DNA from: Squalus acanthias
Taxonomy: Eukaryota
Direction of reading: 5' to 3'
Assembly (NCBI GenBank): GCA_030390025.1
Contig: CM059431.1
Location: forward strand, 130,078,001-130,142,000
Length of the DNA stretch: 64,000 nucleotides
This document shows, in pieces, positions 62,016 through 64,000 of this stretch (position 1 is its first letter; the number at the start of each line of letters is the position of its first letter). Below the pieces are notes generated by a model. It saw nothing but the letters and a program-made list of their open reading frames with translations, was not told the DNA's origin and did no database searches. Made by a program: the position numbers and the translations under genes.

Positions 62016-63754
62016 GGCCGCGATTTTACGAACCTTGACGTGTATGTGGTGGGCGACGTCGGTGGCGCTGCTGTCTCTGTCCCGGTTTCTGAAATGAATT
62101 TCCCTTGATTGGGCTTGTTAAGCCCGCCCAGTGCGTTTCCTGGCCAAATAGAGGAAGCGGGTCTGGTGACGCGATTTGATGACGCATCATCAGCTGGTTT
62201 CCTCAAAGTTACCATGACCAACTTTATTTTGACATTAGTGCTGTCAGTGTTTTACAACATTGCAAACACTGACAAGCACTGCACAGAGGCTCTCCCATAA
62301 CTCCCTCCATATGCTTATGGAGGGAGTCACAGCACACATGGAGGGCCTCTTCCCTTCCCATGGGCGGAAGAGAGCTCCCTAGGAGCTCAACACACCCTGG
62401 TTACACATTGCAGAGGAGCACATAAGTAGGGATGTGGTCAGGAGGACCTGGGTGTAGTGCCGCAAACGTTTCAATGATCTTAGTAGATCACAAAATGTTA
62501 GTACAAAGCCACACTCAACCTCATCCTGCTGTGCCTCTCATCACATCCCCATCATTCTGCCTTCCCTACCCTACTCCTACACATTCTTACTCACACCAAC
62601 TTACCTTGCACCTCCACCTATCCCTCTCTATCTACATTATCACATCGCCATCTCACAAGCCACCCCTCAGCCTCATCCTAGTGCAACCATACCAACTAAC
62701 AACACACAAGGGTAGCCACTTGGGTGTTTTATGCAAAGTTCATGTAAAGTTTCTGTTAATGTGGTGTCAAACATTGAAACCTATATTTTCAACACTTTGC
62801 ATTCTTGGACAGATTTGTGTGCACCTTTAGAAGTAGCTTAGTGAGTTGCAGTGAATGGTGAGACATAACGGTACCCCCCGCAATGGTCATGAATGTGAAA
62901 GGAATGGCTTGGTCATTATAGGAATGCTTTATGGTGTTGGTGTGGGGTGGTGTCAACCTGGCGCATCATGTGGCAGCCAGGATGTACAGCATAAAGTGAA
63001 GTAAATATGACCATGGTGAGGTCATCTCTGTCCTCCCGGGCAGCAATGTGGTTGGGTGCTGATTCCGTGTGTCCTGTGCAGCATCAGTTGATTGCGCAGA
63101 AGGTTGGTGTTGTTTTTGTTGCTGCTGGTGTGCCTGGTTGTGCCTGGTGATGCTAGTGTTGGGGCTGATCGTGGTGGGATTCTGAGGACCAAGGTGAGAG
63201 AGTTTCAGGGGCACCGATGCTGATGGAATAGATGGCAGGTGAAGTAGAGATGACAGAAGCGATCTGTCAATGGTGGGAGAGGTAATGAGGTCAGACTGGA
63301 TGGAGACTTGTGTAAAGACTTGCAGCATCCTGAATCTGTAGTGGAAATGCAGTTTAGAGAAGCTAGTGGTTAAGGGAACATATCTCAATCAGCTGTGAGC
63401 TTTGACTTGACATTTGAAGCTGTCAACTCATCAACTGTTTCAATGGACACTGACCTCCCACCTCAGCGTCACAGACGAGGTCTAGGCACAGCGGGAAACC
63501 GGTGGGCGACCTGTCAGATTCAAAAATCTGGGAAAAAAAAACATTGATATGTGGCTTTAAACAAGCCACTAATGATTTTAATTGCATCCCCTGCCGCTGC
63601 GTGTCGGGTCTGCTCAGCGCTGACAGACCCGACATTTGGTAAAGGCGTGTGGCGGCAACTTCACAACAGGATCCCGACCCGCTGGGGAAAAATAACACTT
63701 TCCCATCCGACCCGGCACCGATCCCGCCTGCTGACCCCCCGCAAAATCCAGCCC
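62016..63754 (+). mobile_element. Decayed Harbinger derivative inserted in a CT-rich tract
   Basis: TIRs ggccgcgatttt / aaaatccagccc, a Myb remnant RRTWV*CRKRFNDL at ~62440-62482, and termini related to 24676-25949. Confidence 0.7.
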
Positions 63755-64000
63755 AATGTCTCTTTGTCTCTCCGTTTGTGTGTCTCTCTGCATCTCTCTC
63801 TCTCTCTGTATGTCTCTGTCTGTCTTTGTGCATGCATATGTATCTCTGTTTCAGCATCTCTCCCCCATTACTATCTCTCTAAGTGTTTAAAATGAAATAT
63901 ATTTGGGCCCAGTCATCAAGATCATAGGATGGCTGGTTTGGGAAATCTTCAAACTTATGGATTAGCACATGCTGTTTGATATTGATGTATAATTATGGGA

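Overview
Vertebrate genomic DNA, most likely a cartilaginous fish (inferred from HE1/V-SINE-like and Deu-SINE-like SINEs plus abundant CR1 LINEs). The only host coding sequence I can support is one 695-bp internal exon of glypican-5 (61008-61702, + strand). The ~61 kb upstream is therefore probably one large intron, filled with nested transposable elements: CR1, L2 and a second CR1/L2-group LINE, SINEs, Penelope-like pieces with hammerhead ribozyme cores, several PIF/Harbinger-type elements and MITEs, hAT-like MITEs and a scrambled Gypsy fragment. The most notable items are: (1) a ~1.64-kb antisense solo LTR with foamy-virus-like architecture (52927-55292); (2) short hairpin Penelope-derived insertions with 12-13-bp TSDs; (3) a three-copy MITE carrying promoter motifs and consensus splice donors; (4) a CR1 with a precise 5' inversion. 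Family names come from recalled motifs, not database searches, and boundaries of decayed repeats are approximate.
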